This document shows positions 36,600 through 49,504 of a DNA stretch of 64,000 nucleotides, piece by piece (positions within the stretch are counted from its first letter, which is position 1; the number at the start of each line of letters is the position of its first letter). Under the pieces are notes generated by a model. The model was not told where the DNA came from. It ran no database searches and saw only the letters and a list, made by a program, of their open reading frames with translations. Source of the stretch: Octopus vulgaris (lineage: Eukaryota); the NCBI GenBank assembly GCA_951406725.2, contig OX597840.1:12028001-12092000 (forward strand), given 5' to 3'. A program made the translations under genes and the position numbers.

Positions 36600-37800
36600 T
36601 AAGTATGAAATTTGTAGAAAACAAAGTTTGCTAATGAAAAGTTTTATTCATCAAAGTATACACCCATATTGTCAATACACTTTCACCATTTCAGCAGCAG
36701 CTTGTCCAGCCCGGAACTGTAAAAGCCTGGCAATCTAGAGACAATAAAATCTTGGAAGGCCTGCATCATCAGAATAAAAAATTTTTTCCTATCAAAAAGT
36801 TATCTAAATTCTGGAAGAAGTGGTAGTCAGTGGCGACAAGATCAGGTGAGTATTGTGGATGATGAAGAACTTCCAACTCCAACTCCTGTAGTTTCACCAA
36901 TGTCAATTTTGCGATATTTGGTCTGGCATTGTTTTGCAATAAAATAGGAGTGGATCTGTTGGCTAATCTAGGTTGTTTTGTTTTGTAAGTTTCTGCATCA
37001 TATGGTCCAGTTGGCTGCAGTATACTTCAGCCATGATTGATGTGCCAGGTTTAATGAAATCATAATGGATCACACCTGCACCAGACCACCAAACACACCA
37101 TCAGCTTCTTTTGATGAATTTTGCATTTTGGACTGTGTTTTGGTGGCTTGTCTTTGTCCAACCATTAGACTGAACATTTACGGTTGTTGTATTGGATCTA
37201 TTTCTCATCACATGTCACAATTCAATTCAAAAATGATTGATTTTTGTGACAAGAAAATAGCATAATGCAGGCTTCCAAACGTTGCAGTTTCTGATTTTCA
37301 TTGAGTTCATGTGGAACCCACTTATCCAACTTCTTCCCTTTACTGATTTGAACTAGGTGAGTCAATATCATTTGCTTCCTAACACCAAACAACAACGATA
37401 ATTCACAGACACTTTGAGATGGATCTGACTCAACGGTGGCTTTCAGTTTGTCATTATCCACCTTTGTTTCTGGTTGACCACGTTGCTCATTTGTGAAGTC
37501 AAAGTTACCAGAACGAAATTTTGCAAACTAATTTGATACTGTCTGCTGTGTAACAACATTAGAAGGAAATACTCCATTAACATTCTGAGCTGTCTGTGAT
37601 GCTGTATTTCCAAGAAAGAACTACAGATTTCCGACTTACCCAGCTCTAAACAAAAACAGCAAAAAACGATTTATAAATGCTTTATAAAGCACAAAATGAG
37701 TTAGAATGAAGAAATAGATGTCAGCCTTCTAACAAAAAATAAAGATTGTCAAAATATAATAATGGTGTAAAATGAGAAGCTGTCAAAGTTTATCCTATAC
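36600..37800 (-). mobile_element. Degenerate near-full-length mariner transposon
   Basis: KKLDKWVPHELNENQK (WVPHEL motif) at ~37290-37338 and HPQYSPDLVATDYH at ~36820-36861; frames are broken and the ends are approximate. Confidence 0.88.
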
Positions 37801-38749
37801 CTTACTACAAATGTCATACTTGACAACCTAATAAAACAAGTTTCACATAAATTGGACCATAGGTTACCGAGATGTGTAGTACCTTTATAAACAGCCAAAC
37901 TGGCGTATAATGGGGGAAATGCTTTGAAAGTAAGGTACCATTGAAGTGTGGATACAAGCAGAATAGCCTAAGCTTTGCATAAATTGGACCACAGATTCCC
38001 AAGATATGCGGTTTTTTCAGGTACCTTGAACCATTGGTGACTGAACAGGTCACAGGTAGTCTAGTTTTAAATTAAAACTGAATTTCTTATTAAACAATAT
38101 TTGTTGGATGTTATTTTCTGAAAGGAGCCTGGTTTCCGTTATTTAGGATATGCAATCCTATATACAATTAGACTTGATAATTTTCATTGCATGTATTAAA
38201 ATACATAGGCGCAGGAGTGGCTGTGTGGTAAGTAGCCTGCTAACCAACCACATGGTTTCGGGTTCAGTCCCACTGCAAGGCATCTTGGGCAAGTGTCTTC
38301 TGCTATAGCCCTGGGCCGACCAATGCCTTGTGGGTGGATTTGGTAGACGGAAACTGAAAGAAGCCTGTCATATATATGTATATATATATATATGTGTGTC
38401 TGTGTTTGTCCCCCTAGCATTGCTTGACAACAGATGCTGGTGTGTTTATGTCCCCGTCACTTAGCGGTTCGGCAAAAAGAGACCGATAGAATAAGTACTG
38501 GGCTTACAAAGAATAAGTCCCGGGGTCGATTTGATCGATTAAAGGTGGTGCTCCAGCATGGCCGCAGTCAAATGACTGAAACAAGTAAAAGAGAGTAAAG
38601 AGTATCTAGATAAAAGAAAATAAACAACAGGTACTTTAGTGTTCTAATAAGACATCTACATCAAGTTGGATATAAAGATTGCTTTTGGTACTAATACTGC
38701 TTCCATCACTAATTAATTTTTAACAACAGATAAGATAGTGTTAATATAT

Positions 38750-39120
38750 CTAACACTAAACGTCCCCAAAGTCCATCCCCTCTTCACCGTGGTGGGGACG
38801 CTGGCAACGGGTAGTGTCAGAGCTATGCCGTCGGGAACTTTGGTTCCTGGTAGGGTCACCCAAGGCGGATTGGTCTGACACCGAGTAGTATTAGGGTCAC
38901 AACCCGGCAGACAGGGCTCTGGTGAAAATCCTCGGGTGTCTGTTTCGGCAACCAGCGGCTCCTCGGTCGTTCTGTCCCTGCATCTGCGGACAATCTGTGG
39001 CAAACAGGATGTCTCTACATGCGGGATTGTTGGGGACCGCTTGTGAAATCCACATATTCCAACAAAACTTCTTCCAAAGAAGAAGCCGACTCAACCCACC
39101 CAGGGTGAATGTCGCCACAA
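38750..39120 (-). mobile_element. Possible 5' UTR and endonuclease start of an RTE-type LINE
   Basis: GC-rich block whose minus-strand frame ends WTLGTFSVR, resembling the GTWNVR motif at the start of LINE AP endonucleases. Confidence 0.4.
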
Positions 39121-39932
39121 GTAAGTAAAAAGTACAATATATTTAATGCAGGGAGTCTTAATGTTAACAATGTGACATTGAACTACTCTTATCCTTACCA
39201 AACCTCCATGTGTCACTCAGTGGGGACATAAAGTGCAACCATTCCAATACTGCTGGCTACTAGCCTATTTCACTGGTTTGAAACTATCACCTTCCATATT
39301 TAACTTTTTCTTATCAGGCACCACCAGTATAGCTAACCCTAACCTTAACCCCTAACCCCTAACCCTAACTAGGTATATCAGAGACTTGCTTTCATACATT
39401 GCATACTTGTAGTCTCTCTCTCTCACACACTCTACTTCAAGAATTTTTTTATTTATTTATGTACCCTTTTCAAGCCTAGCCAGGCTCATGGACCCGGTTT
39501 CCGTGGTGTATGTATTCCCCCCCCCCCCCAGCTGGATGGGATGCCAGTCCATCACAGCATTACTCAAGAAACAGGAAGAGAGAGTGAGAGAAAGTTGTGA
39601 CGAAAGAGTACAACAGGGGTCGCCACTCCGCCCTGCCATAGCCTCGAGCTTTTAGGTGTTTTCACTCAATAAACACACACAACGCCCAGTCTGAGAATCG
39701 AAACCGTGATCCTCTTACCGCGAGTCTGCTGCCCTAACCACTGGCCATTGCGCCTCCACTTCAAGAATACTTTAACAAAAGTATTCTTGAAATAGAGTGT
39801 GCTTTGTATGAAATCATTTTGACAAAATTACTCTCATCTCTTGAATCAGGAATTTCTTGTTAGCTAAACTACTGTATGACTGCAACGGTAATCTCTATAT
39901 TTTATCAAACTTTCTGTACTTCAGTTTTTTTT

Positions 39933-40515
39933 ATAATAATAATAATAATGAAATTATTGTATACAGTGCTCAGGTGCACCACACCACAACTTGTCAAAAG
40001 TGTGTATAAAGCATATACAGTAATGTACAAATGTCTGGGGAGTGAACAGTGTATGAGTCAGATACATGCTTGCGTGTGTATGGAGGGGGGGGAAATCAGG
40101 TGTAGTGTTGGGAAATCTCAGGAAGCATGGAAGTTTTGAAGGATGCAGTGCTCCGACAACTAACAACTGATGCTGGCAGTCTGTTCCATGCTTCAGCAAC
40201 TCTCAACGTGAAAAAATGTTTCCGAAAGTTATGGGAGCTGTGCTGTTTTCTGACTTTGTAAACATGTTCACAGGTGTTAGATGGGTGGAGTTTGAAAAGG
40301 TGCTCAGAGTTATTGTTTGTAAGATGGTTAATAATTTTGTGGGTGTCTGCCAAGTCAGCTGCCAGACGTCAGAGTTTCAATGTATCCATGCCCAAGGAAG
40401 AAAGGCATTCAGAATATGGCAAATGCCTGATGGAGGGTATTCTCTTGGTTGCACATCACTGAACGGTTTCCAGATGATTAATATCCTGGGCAAGATAGGG
40501 GTTCCAGACTGGTGA
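39933..40515 (-). mobile_element. CR1/L2-group LINE 3' fragment (ORF2 C-terminus)
   Basis: DTHKIINHL...HVYKVRKQHSSHNFRKHFFTLRVAEAWNRLPASVV plus a (TTA)n tail. A short related fragment (PWNKLPDEIV) lies on the + strand at ~41680-41760. Confidence 0.85.
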
Positions 40516-43454
40516 TGCATTAAGTTAATTTAGGTTAAACAGCAGTATCTCTCTCACCCTTCCAACCATATAAAAACTCAATGTTTCTTCCTTGTATCTC
40601 CTGAGGAGATTTTGTGCTTTACTCGGCAAATGAAAGACCATATCTTCTGGATTGTTGAAATATATTACTTCTGCGAGCTGGCAGAAACGTTAGTGCGCTG
40701 GGCGAAATGTGTAGCCGTATTTCATCTGCCGTTACGTTCTGAGTTCAAATTCCGCCGAGGTCGACTTTGCCTTTCATCTTTTCGGGGTCAATAAATTAAG
40801 TACCAGTTATGCACTGTTTAGAAAGGAATGTGTGTAGATAATGACACCCTACATTAACCTACTCTAACCTTTCCTACATAAACATCAACTATAATAATAA
40901 AGGGTAAAATTAATTAATAATTTTATCAAGTAGTTTGGTATGTTAAAAGAACCATTATCGGTATACTTAAACAAAAATTTTTATAATTAAGAGTATAATT
41001 ATAATTAGGGTTCAGCAAAAAATTTGCTTCGGGTGGATTCGTTATTTTTTTCTCTTTGCCTGTATGAGTTGTTGAGTATTGTTGTCTGGGAGATTTTCTT
41101 GTAGAGAAATAGCTAGTTTTAACTGCTATTTCTAAATTTCGGTATGTGGTGAAGCAAATTTTTTGCTGAACCCTAATTATAATTATACTCATAATTATAA
41201 AAATGTTTGTTTAAACATCAGCTATATGTATCTTTCAACACTTTATACCAGATATGTATCACTTTATGAGTCGAAACAGAGCTACAACGCTACACCTACA
41301 TATAATCTAGTCCTATTCAATATTGAGATGCAAGTTCCCTCCCTAACCATATTGACCTTGAGCTGTCAACTTACAACTATTCAAAGACATTAACTGCATA
41401 GAACTCACTGGTCTGTGAGGGCCTGCAATGATCATGGAAACACCCCCTTCCACCAAACCAAACCAAACCAATAAAAAATGGACCAGGCGCAGGAGTGGCT
41501 GTGTGGTAAGTAGCTTGCTTACCAACCACATGGTTCTGGGTTCAGTCCCACTGCATGGCACCTTGGGTAAGTGTCTTCTACTATAGCCTCGGGTCGACCA
41601 AAGCCTTGTGAGTGGATTTGGTAGGCAGAAACTGAAAGAAGCCCATCGTATATATGTTGGTTGTCAAGCGATGTTGGATCCATGGAATAAGCTGCCGGAC
41701 GAGATAGTGAAGATGCCGACGACCGCTCGGTTCAAAGTATCCCTTGACCACAAGTGGCCTGAACTCTTTACATGAACACCACCCTGTACATAACTCCATA
41801 TCCCCCTACATGGACTTGCTTTTTGCGCCAAAAACTTAACTAACTAACTTCATTGACCACAGTGCTCAATTGGGGCTTGTTTCATTGATCCTGAAAAAAT
41901 GAAAGAAAAATGTCAACCTCAGCAGAATATGAACTCAGAATGACGGACAGATGAAATGCTGCTCAGCATAAAAAATACTTCTTTTATTGACTTGAAAAGG
42001 ACAAAAGTCAGTCAGTTTCTGTGGAATTTGAACTCTGAATGTAAAGACGGATAAAATGCAACTAAGCACTTTGCCCATACAGTGAATGATTCTGCCACCT
42101 TAATAACAATAATACTCAACTATAGACACAAGGCTTGAAATTGTGGGGGAGGGCAGCTATTCGATTATATTGACTCCAGTGCTGGCAGAATCGTTAGCAC
42201 GCCGGGCGAAATGCGTAGCCGTATTTCGTCTGCCATTACGTTCTGAGTTCAAATTTCACCAAGTTCGACTTTGCCTTTCATCCTTTCGGGGTCGATAAAT
42301 TAAGTACCAGTTACGCACTGGGGTCGATGTAATCGACTTAATCCATTTGTCTGTCCTTGTTTGTCCCCTCTGTGTTTAGCCCCTTGTGGGTAGTAAAGAA
42401 ATATATATTGACTCCAGTGCATTAACTGTGAAACCTGGTGGTGAGCTGGCAGAAATGTTAGCATGCCAGGCTAAATACTTTCTGGTATTTCGTCCACCGC
42501 TGCGTTGACCCCAGTTCGTAACTGGTACTTATTTAATCGACCCTGAAAGGATGAAAGGCAAAGTCGACCTCGGCAGAATTTGAACTCAGAACGTAGTGGC
42601 AGACGAAATACTGCTAAGCATTTCGTCCAGTGTGCTAATGATTCTGCCAGCTCGCTGCCTTAATAATAATCTTTTTTGTTTTGTCATTTGACCAATTTAT
42701 GCATAGAATACATGACAAAATTTTGCAAGGAGGTACACACAAAAATCATAAATTGAAAAGAACATTAAGATGTCTCAATAAAGATAATGTATTAAGGCAT
42801 GTTGACAATTTTTTTAATTACACAAATAAATGAACATATGAATAACTGAATACAATACACACACAAAATGATTGGATGTTTTCAGAGTTGCTGAGTTTGT
42901 CAGACAGTGAAGGACTGTACAAATGGTGGTCCTCTCTAAGCCATTTTAGCAAGGAAAAAGAGATATTAAAATGGTGATGATGATGGTGGTGGTGGTGGAT
43001 ATGTCTATATAGATAGATCTGAAGGGAAGTAGGACTTCAGTTCTATTTAATGTCTAGGAATAATTAGCCGCAGAGGAATCCATTAACTGTTGTTGTTTTA
43101 GCCCTTGGTCTGCTATGATCAAAGATGTCCTTCAAATATGACCATCCTGTCCATTTTTTATTTTTTATTTTCAAATTCATTCCACCCTTTTTTTAAAACA
43201 GTAGGATATACTAAAAGAGATTCTGCAGTCAGACTTCGCCTGTCTTCCAAGAAAGAGATTTATTATTCTATATATCTTTGAAGGCACAAAACCAGCAGAT
43301 AATTTGTTTATAAGCAGAAAAATTGACAACAATATCTTCACTTGTAGGTCAGCAACTTTCAGAGAAGCTCCAATTTTTCTTTTACTAGTCTCAGCTCAAG
43401 AGCTGCAGCCATGCTAGCTATATAGCTATAGCTCTCTCTCTCTATATATATATA

Positions 43455-44518
43455 TTGATAAAACGGTAAGATAACAAAAGAAAGAAAGAGACCTCAATAT
43501 TATGTAAATAGAGGAAATTTATCTATACAATAATATGTTACAATTATTCAATAGTCAAGATAAAACTCTGAGTTTCAGATGCCAAAGTGGAAATCCACAA
43601 CACCATCTCTTCGGTTATCTGGCTATTTGAAAACGCTATGAAAAAATACCGTTAAATAAAGGGAAATTACTGTGTTATAACTCTGCTTGCCTGCATACTT
43701 ATACATCGCTCGCATTTTTCGTCATAAAAATACATAAAAAATATATAAAAATATATAAAATCTTCTTGGGACATAACATAGAAAGCATGTTCTATGTTTT
43801 CTTTAGGGGACCAAAAACGTAACAGAAATTTAGTCACATGTGGGCATGATCCAAAAAGTTCTGTCCTTGTATTTAGACATGTAGTAGGGTCTAAGCTGCT
43901 TTTCCAGATAAGCCATCTCTCCATGTCGCATAGACCGCACCTTCCGCTGCCATTGGTATAGGGCTTACATCTGGCCAAAATCTTCCATTGTATGTTATAA
44001 TCGACACCTTTATCTCTTAAAGACCAAATATGATTAGATAATTGTGTCGCTTTTCTTTTATTCAAATGCCTAAAGCTCAGTGTGGTTATTGAACCTGGCC
44101 TTGAAATTACCCTCTGTAAGGCCCACGTATTTCTTCGTCGAAACGGTGTCTTTAGTGGTTATAGAGTTTACGGTAGCTTCATATATAATGGTCTTGGACA
44201 TGCAAGCTCCATTTAGCGGGCACAATTCTTTATTCCTGCATGAACAGCTGTTTTCTTGTTGTGTTTTTTGTGTTATGTTTGATTATGTTTTTAAAATTGG
44301 TAGTTGAACTAAAACTAATTTTTAAATTGTGTCTACTGAAGAGTTTGCTATAAGTATGGTTAACTGGAAAATGTCTATCTATCAGTGCTAGGAAATATTT
44401 ACCTATATTGAAGGCCACCTCGGTGTTGTGAGATGGTGTTGTGGATTTCCACTTCGGCATCTGAAACTCAGAGTTTTATCTTGACTACCGAGTAAAGTAA
44501 CATATTATTGTATAGATA
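43455..44518 (-). mobile_element. Penelope-like retroelement 3' portion (GIY-YIG endonuclease) with terminal repeat and an inverted partial repeat
   Basis: NIGKYFLALIDRHFP...SKLFSRHNLKISFS, CSCRNKELCPLNGAC, KKYVGLTEGNFKARF, TQLSNHIWSL...WKIL...CGLCDME...LNTRTELFGSCPH; 43520-43609 is the inverse of 44430-44518. Confidence 0.88.
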
Positions 44519-45820
44519 TATATATATATATAAATGAATTAATAAATAAAACATATGCATATATACATACATCTATGTACGTACCTACCTCTACATGTAT
44601 ATATACATGCATATATGGGTACAGGACACCCAAAAAACGCCGAACACAATGAGAAACGAAAACATAAACACAAAACCAAGGAACTGGACATTTTTCTTAA
44701 ACAACAAAAAAATAGAGTACAGGACAAATAACACAAGGAAAATTCCCCTTCTTCAGTCGCCATGGTTTCATCTACTCTGCGTTTGGAGAAAGAGTACATA
44801 TTTTCCATATGGTCTGTTTTTTTCTGTTAATAATGTAATAGTCATGTATGATTCTATTTCACCTTATTTTAGGCACCGGCTTAGACTTACAAAAGAAAAA
44901 TTTCTCAGGTTTCACAGTTAACCCTTTTGATACCAACATGCTTGAAACCACCCAAGGTCCTGTGACACAAACTTTACTGTTTTAAAGTGATCTAAATCAG
45001 TGGCTCCCAGAGTAAGCAGTACTGCACGTTGGAGTGGTGGAAATATCCGGTGGTGGGACATTGAAGAAAAGTGGGATTATAATGGGATGGCCAAAATGTG
45101 GTGAGAGATGTAAAAAAAATTAGGTATAAGTTTTGTGAAATACACTTGTTTTGAATTTGATGCTGAAAGTGGTTTATATTTGTGATGGGGAGGGTGAGGA
45201 GGCGTTAGGGATGTGGCCTGGGTGTCAAGGGAGCAGCAGCCTGAAAATGTTTGGGAACTACTGATCTAAATTAGAATTTTAAATCAAAATTGAATGCTAC
45301 TTGTTCCAAACCCCAGCTTAATAATGAGAAAGTTATTTTACTCATCTCTTCATTATTTTAAAAATTAATTGAAACAAATGCTAAAGGTGTCTTCTATAGC
45401 CTCGGGCTGACCAAAGCCTTGTGAGTGAATCTGGTAGACAGAAACTAAAAGAAGCCCTGGAGCCTGGTGCAGCCATCTGGTTTGCCAGCCATCAGTCAAA
45501 CCGTCCAACCCATGCTAGCATAGAAAGCGGACGTTAAACAATGATGATGATGATGATATAATTATTAATATTAGGGAAGTTATTTCCGAGTCTACAGGGA
45601 AGAGAAATTCAATTTAGTGGTACTAAAATGAATTTCTCGCTATATTATCATCATATATACAGGAGTGGCTGTGTGGTAAGTAGCTTGCTAACCAACCACA
45701 TGGTTCCGGGTTCAGTCCCACTGCGTGGCATCTTGGGCAAGTGTCTTCTGCTATAGCCCCGGGCCGACCAATGCCTTGTGAGTGGATTTGGTAGATGGAA
45801 ACTGAAAGAAGCCTGTCGTA

Positions 45821-45899
<79 letters not shown>

Positions 45900-46097
45900 T
45901 TGTCCCCCTAGCATTGCTTGGCAACCGATGCTGGTGTGTTTGCGTCCCCGTCACTTAGCAGTTCGGCAAAAGAGACCGATAGAATAAGTACTGGGCTTAC
46001 AAAGAATAAATCCTGGGGTTGATTTGCTCGACTAAAGGCGCTGCTCCAGCATGGCCGCAGTCAAATGACTGAAACAAGTAAAAGAGTATATATATAG

Positions 46098-46365
46098 ATA
46101 GGTTTAAGAGACAGACCCACCATCAAGCAACTCAATCAATATTAAACAACATTATCTATGATAGAGATATATAAGATTAAATCTTATCAAAATACCGATA
46201 AATGTATTGTCATGAAACACACATTGTCTATATAATTTAATATATAATTCAGAATAGAAATTGTAAATATTTATTTTGATAGAATTTAATCTTATATATC
46301 TCTATCATAGATAATGCCGTTTAATGTTGATTGAGTTGCTTGAAAGTGGTTCTGTCTCTAAAACC

Positions 46366-46368
<3 letters not shown>
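46098..46368. mobile_element. MITE with ~95-bp TIRs, inserted in a TA repeat
   Basis: ATAGGTTTAAGAGACAGA...CTTATCAAAATA is the inverse of TATTTTGATAG...CTGTCTCTAAAACCTAT. Confidence 0.75.
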
Positions 46369-46397
<29 letters not shown>

Positions 46398-47383
46398 AGT
46401 GAGGCCATAACCTGTTGTCTCTACCTGGGACGTAGTCAGTCCACTGATGCATACCTTCCTTCTTGGGACACATAACTCTACTTGTGAAGACCTGTTGAGG
46501 CAAGTGAAAATCAAAATCGAAATCGATCAACATCAATGGAATTTGTAGTTGTGATACCAGTGCCGGTGGCACACAGGAGAACCATCTGAACATGGCCGTA
46601 GCCAGCTCCGCATCGACTGGCCTCCGTGACGGTGGCACGTAAGAAACACCATCTGATCGTGGCCGTTGCCCGCCTCACCTGGCCTCCTTGCTGGTGGCAT
46701 ATAAAAAGCACCATCCAAGCGTGGCCGTTCGCCAGCCATGTAAAAAGCACCCACTACACTCTTGGAGTGGTTGGCGTTATGAAGGGCATCCAGCTGTAGA
46801 AACACTGCCAGATCTGACTGGCCTGGTGCAGCCTTCTGGCTTCCCAGACCCCAGTTGAACCGTCCAACCCATGCCAGCATGGAAAGCGGACGTTAAATGA
46901 TGATGATTATATATATATATCCATGTGTGTGTGTCTTTCTGTCAGTATTTGTTCCCCAACATTACTTGACAACTAGTGTTAGTATGTTTATATACCTGTA
47001 ACTTAGCTGTTTGGCAAAAAAGCACCGATAGAATAAGTACCAGGCTTAAAAGATAAGAACTGAGACCGAGGGTCTCAAAATCTCATTTTTCACACTAATT
47101 GCTTAATTGTTACTTTCTTCTAACTGTTCATTTCTCCCATCATGTTCACAAGTCTCTTGACTTATACTAACTTCTCTTCACTTGGTGTCCCTCATTTCAT
47201 TTAGATACTACACTTCCCTTTCCCTTCTCACCTCTCCTACTAATGGCATCACCCTGTTAATTCTCTGTACAAAAACAAAAATTATTGAAGGTGGTGGCCC
47301 AGCATGGCTGCAGTTTAATGACTGAAACAAGTAAAAGATAAAAGATATGTCAATAGAAAAAGGGTAACGAAAGGGTTAAAAGG

Positions 47384-49033
47384 CTACCCTCTAGTATGAA
47401 TTTGTTTATGCTTTTTTAAAAGAGTGTTAGTGATAAATGACTTCTCACATATCTCACAATGAAAGGGTCTTTCTCCCGTATGGATTCTTCTGTGAACGAC
47501 AAGATGGGAATTAATAGCAAATGATTTCTCACATATCTCACAGTGAAATGGTTTCTCTCCCGTGTGTTTTTGATTGTGTATCTTCAAGTGACTGTTGGTG
47601 ACAAAGGATTTCCCACAGACTTCACAGTGTAACAGCTTCTCTCCCGTATGTAACCTTTTGTGAACTGCAAGGTGAGAATTAACAGAGAAAGATTTACCAC
47701 AGATTTCACAATCGTAAGGTTTTTCCCCAGTGTGGGTACGTTTGTGGATAATGAGCTTGGATTTTTCAGTCACAGACTTACCACAGATTTCGCAGTGAAA
47801 CAAATTTTCCCCACTATGTAACCTTTTGTGCTTTGTTAAGTCACTGTTCACCATAAAGGACTTCTCACACACGTCGCAATGATATGGCTTTTCTCCGGTA
47901 TGACTACGCACATGAATAACAAGACTCGAATTCACAGAGAATGATTTCCCACAGATCTCACAGTGAAACAATTTTTCTCCCGTGTGTACTTGTCTGTGCG
48001 TTTTCAGGTGGCTGTTAGTGGTGAAAGCTTTCCCACAGGTTTCACAGCGTAACAGTTCCCCTGTATGTATCCTTCTATGTTTGGTCAAATCACTATTTGT
48101 GATAAACGACTTCTCGCAAGTTTCACAGCTATAAGGCTTCTCTCCCGTATGGACCCTAATGTGAACTACAAGACTTGAATTAACAGAGAAACTCTTCCCA
48201 CATATTTCACAATGAAATGGTCTTTCCCCAGTGTGGACTCTTCTGTGTGTTGTCAAATTACTGTTTTTCATAAAAGATTTTCCACAAATCTCACAGTGAA
48301 ATGCTTTTTCCCCGCTGTGTATAATTCTGTGTCTTGTTAAAATACTATTAGAAACAAAAGATTTTCCACAGATATCACAATGATAAGGTTTCTCTCCACT
48401 GTGACTTCGGTTATGAATAACAAGCTTTGAATTATCAATAAAAGATTTTCCACAGATCTCACAGTGAAATAGTTTTTCTCCAGAATGTATAATCTTATGT
48501 CTTTTTAAAATACTGTTAGAGACGAAAGACTTACCACAGATATCACAATGAAAGGGCTTTTCTCCAGTATGAATACGATTGTGGACAACAAGTTTTGAAT
48601 TATTAATGAAAGTTTTGCCACATATTTCACAGTGAAAGGGTTTTTCTCCAGAGTGTATCCGTTTATGAATTGTTAGATTACTATTTTTCATAAAGGATTT
48701 ATCACAAATTTCACAACTATAAAGTTTATCTCCTCTGTGAATACGACTGTGAATAACAAATTTCGAATTATTAGAAAAAGATTTCTCACAAATTTCACAG
48801 TGAAAGGGTTTTTCCGTTTCACTGTGTATTCGTTTGTGTGCAAAGACTTCTCGTTCTGAAGAGAATGTTTTCCTACAAATCTCACAGTGATAATCAGAAA
48901 TGCTTCCGTGTAATGTTCTTTGTTTAGCAAATATTTCACTACATAAATATTCCTCACCACTGTCAATCTCTGTCACTGAATCTGTCTGAAAAACAGCTGA
49001 GTTAGAAGCGTTCAAGTGAATAACATCTTCCAT
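47384..49033 (-). CDS. C2H2 (Kruppel-type) zinc-finger protein with 18 tandem fingers, single coding exon (called ZNF-B here)
   Basis: Uninterrupted 549-aa ORF; 18 fingers counted, with TGEKP/SGEKL linkers; N-terminus MEDVIHLNASN...SVTEIDSGEEYL aligns with MEDVNRSDTSN...SVTQTFSGEKAL of ZNF-A. Confidence 0.96.
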   Translation of the reverse strand: MEDVIHLNASNSAVFQTDSVTEIDSGEEYLCSEIFAKQRTLHGSISDYHCEICRKTFSSEREVFAHKRIHSETEKPFHCEICEKSFSNNSKFVIHSRIHRGDKLYSCEICDKSFMKNSNLTIHKRIHSGEKPFHCEICGKTFINNSKLVVHNRIHTGEKPFHCDICGKSFVSNSILKRHKIIHSGEKLFHCEICGKSFIDNSKLVIHNRSHSGEKPYHCDICGKSFVSNSILTRHRIIHSGEKAFHCEICGKSFMKNSNLTTHRRVHTGERPFHCEICGKSFSVNSSLVVHIRVHTGEKPYSCETCEKSFITNSDLTKHRRIHTGELLRCETCGKAFTTNSHLKTHRQVHTGEKLFHCEICGKSFSVNSSLVIHVRSHTGEKPYHCDVCEKSFMVNSDLTKHKRLHSGENLFHCEICGKSVTEKSKLIIHKRTHTGEKPYDCEICGKSFSVNSHLAVHKRLHTGEKLLHCEVCGKSFVTNSHLKIHNQKHTGEKPFHCEICEKSFAINSHLVVHRRIHTGERPFHCEICEKSFITNTLLKKHKQIHTRG

Positions 49034-49290
49034 CTTAATTCACAGGGAATTCTTGAAAGCTGGGATACATCTAAATGTAAGATGTTAGGATTTAGTTTCT
49101 TGTCTTCGGTATCATGAGGCTGTGCTTATATAGAGAGGAAAAAATGCAATGTAGGTATATTTTCTATTTACAGCCTGAATGTTTGTTGTTGCCTAGGGAA
49201 TCTCCAAGTGGCTCGCATTTTAATTTTTATCAATAAAACTGTCCGTTTTATGCTGATAAACGTCAATACAGTGAATGGAAGCGATGTAGG

Positions 49291-49504
49291 CAGGCTGGGT
49301 TTTAAGCCAATTAGATTTGTTCAAACCAAGCCCCGTGCACAGGCTCGAAGGTGGTCCTTATGAGGATTTTTAGGATATAAAGACCCCATCGCTTTTTGGC
49401 TGGGACTGGCATACTACACAAAACATAAATCTCCAGTTTTGTAGAGTGGAGGGTCCCACCGACAATTCTTTAATTGGGCCCCGAACTTCCTAGCGCTGGC
49501 CCTG
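49291..49504. mobile_element. hAT-like MITE just upstream of the ZNF-B coding region
   Basis: CAGG...CCCTG termini flanked by a (G)ATGTAGG direct repeat; it interrupts the region homologous to the ZNF-A upstream sequence. Confidence 0.6.

Noticed and set aside
39332-39370. Telomere or chromosome-fusion scar (CCCTAA-like repeats; also ~50553-50582 and 62500-62518)
   Set aside because: Only a few degenerate units, and two of the three sites lie inside a MITE family.
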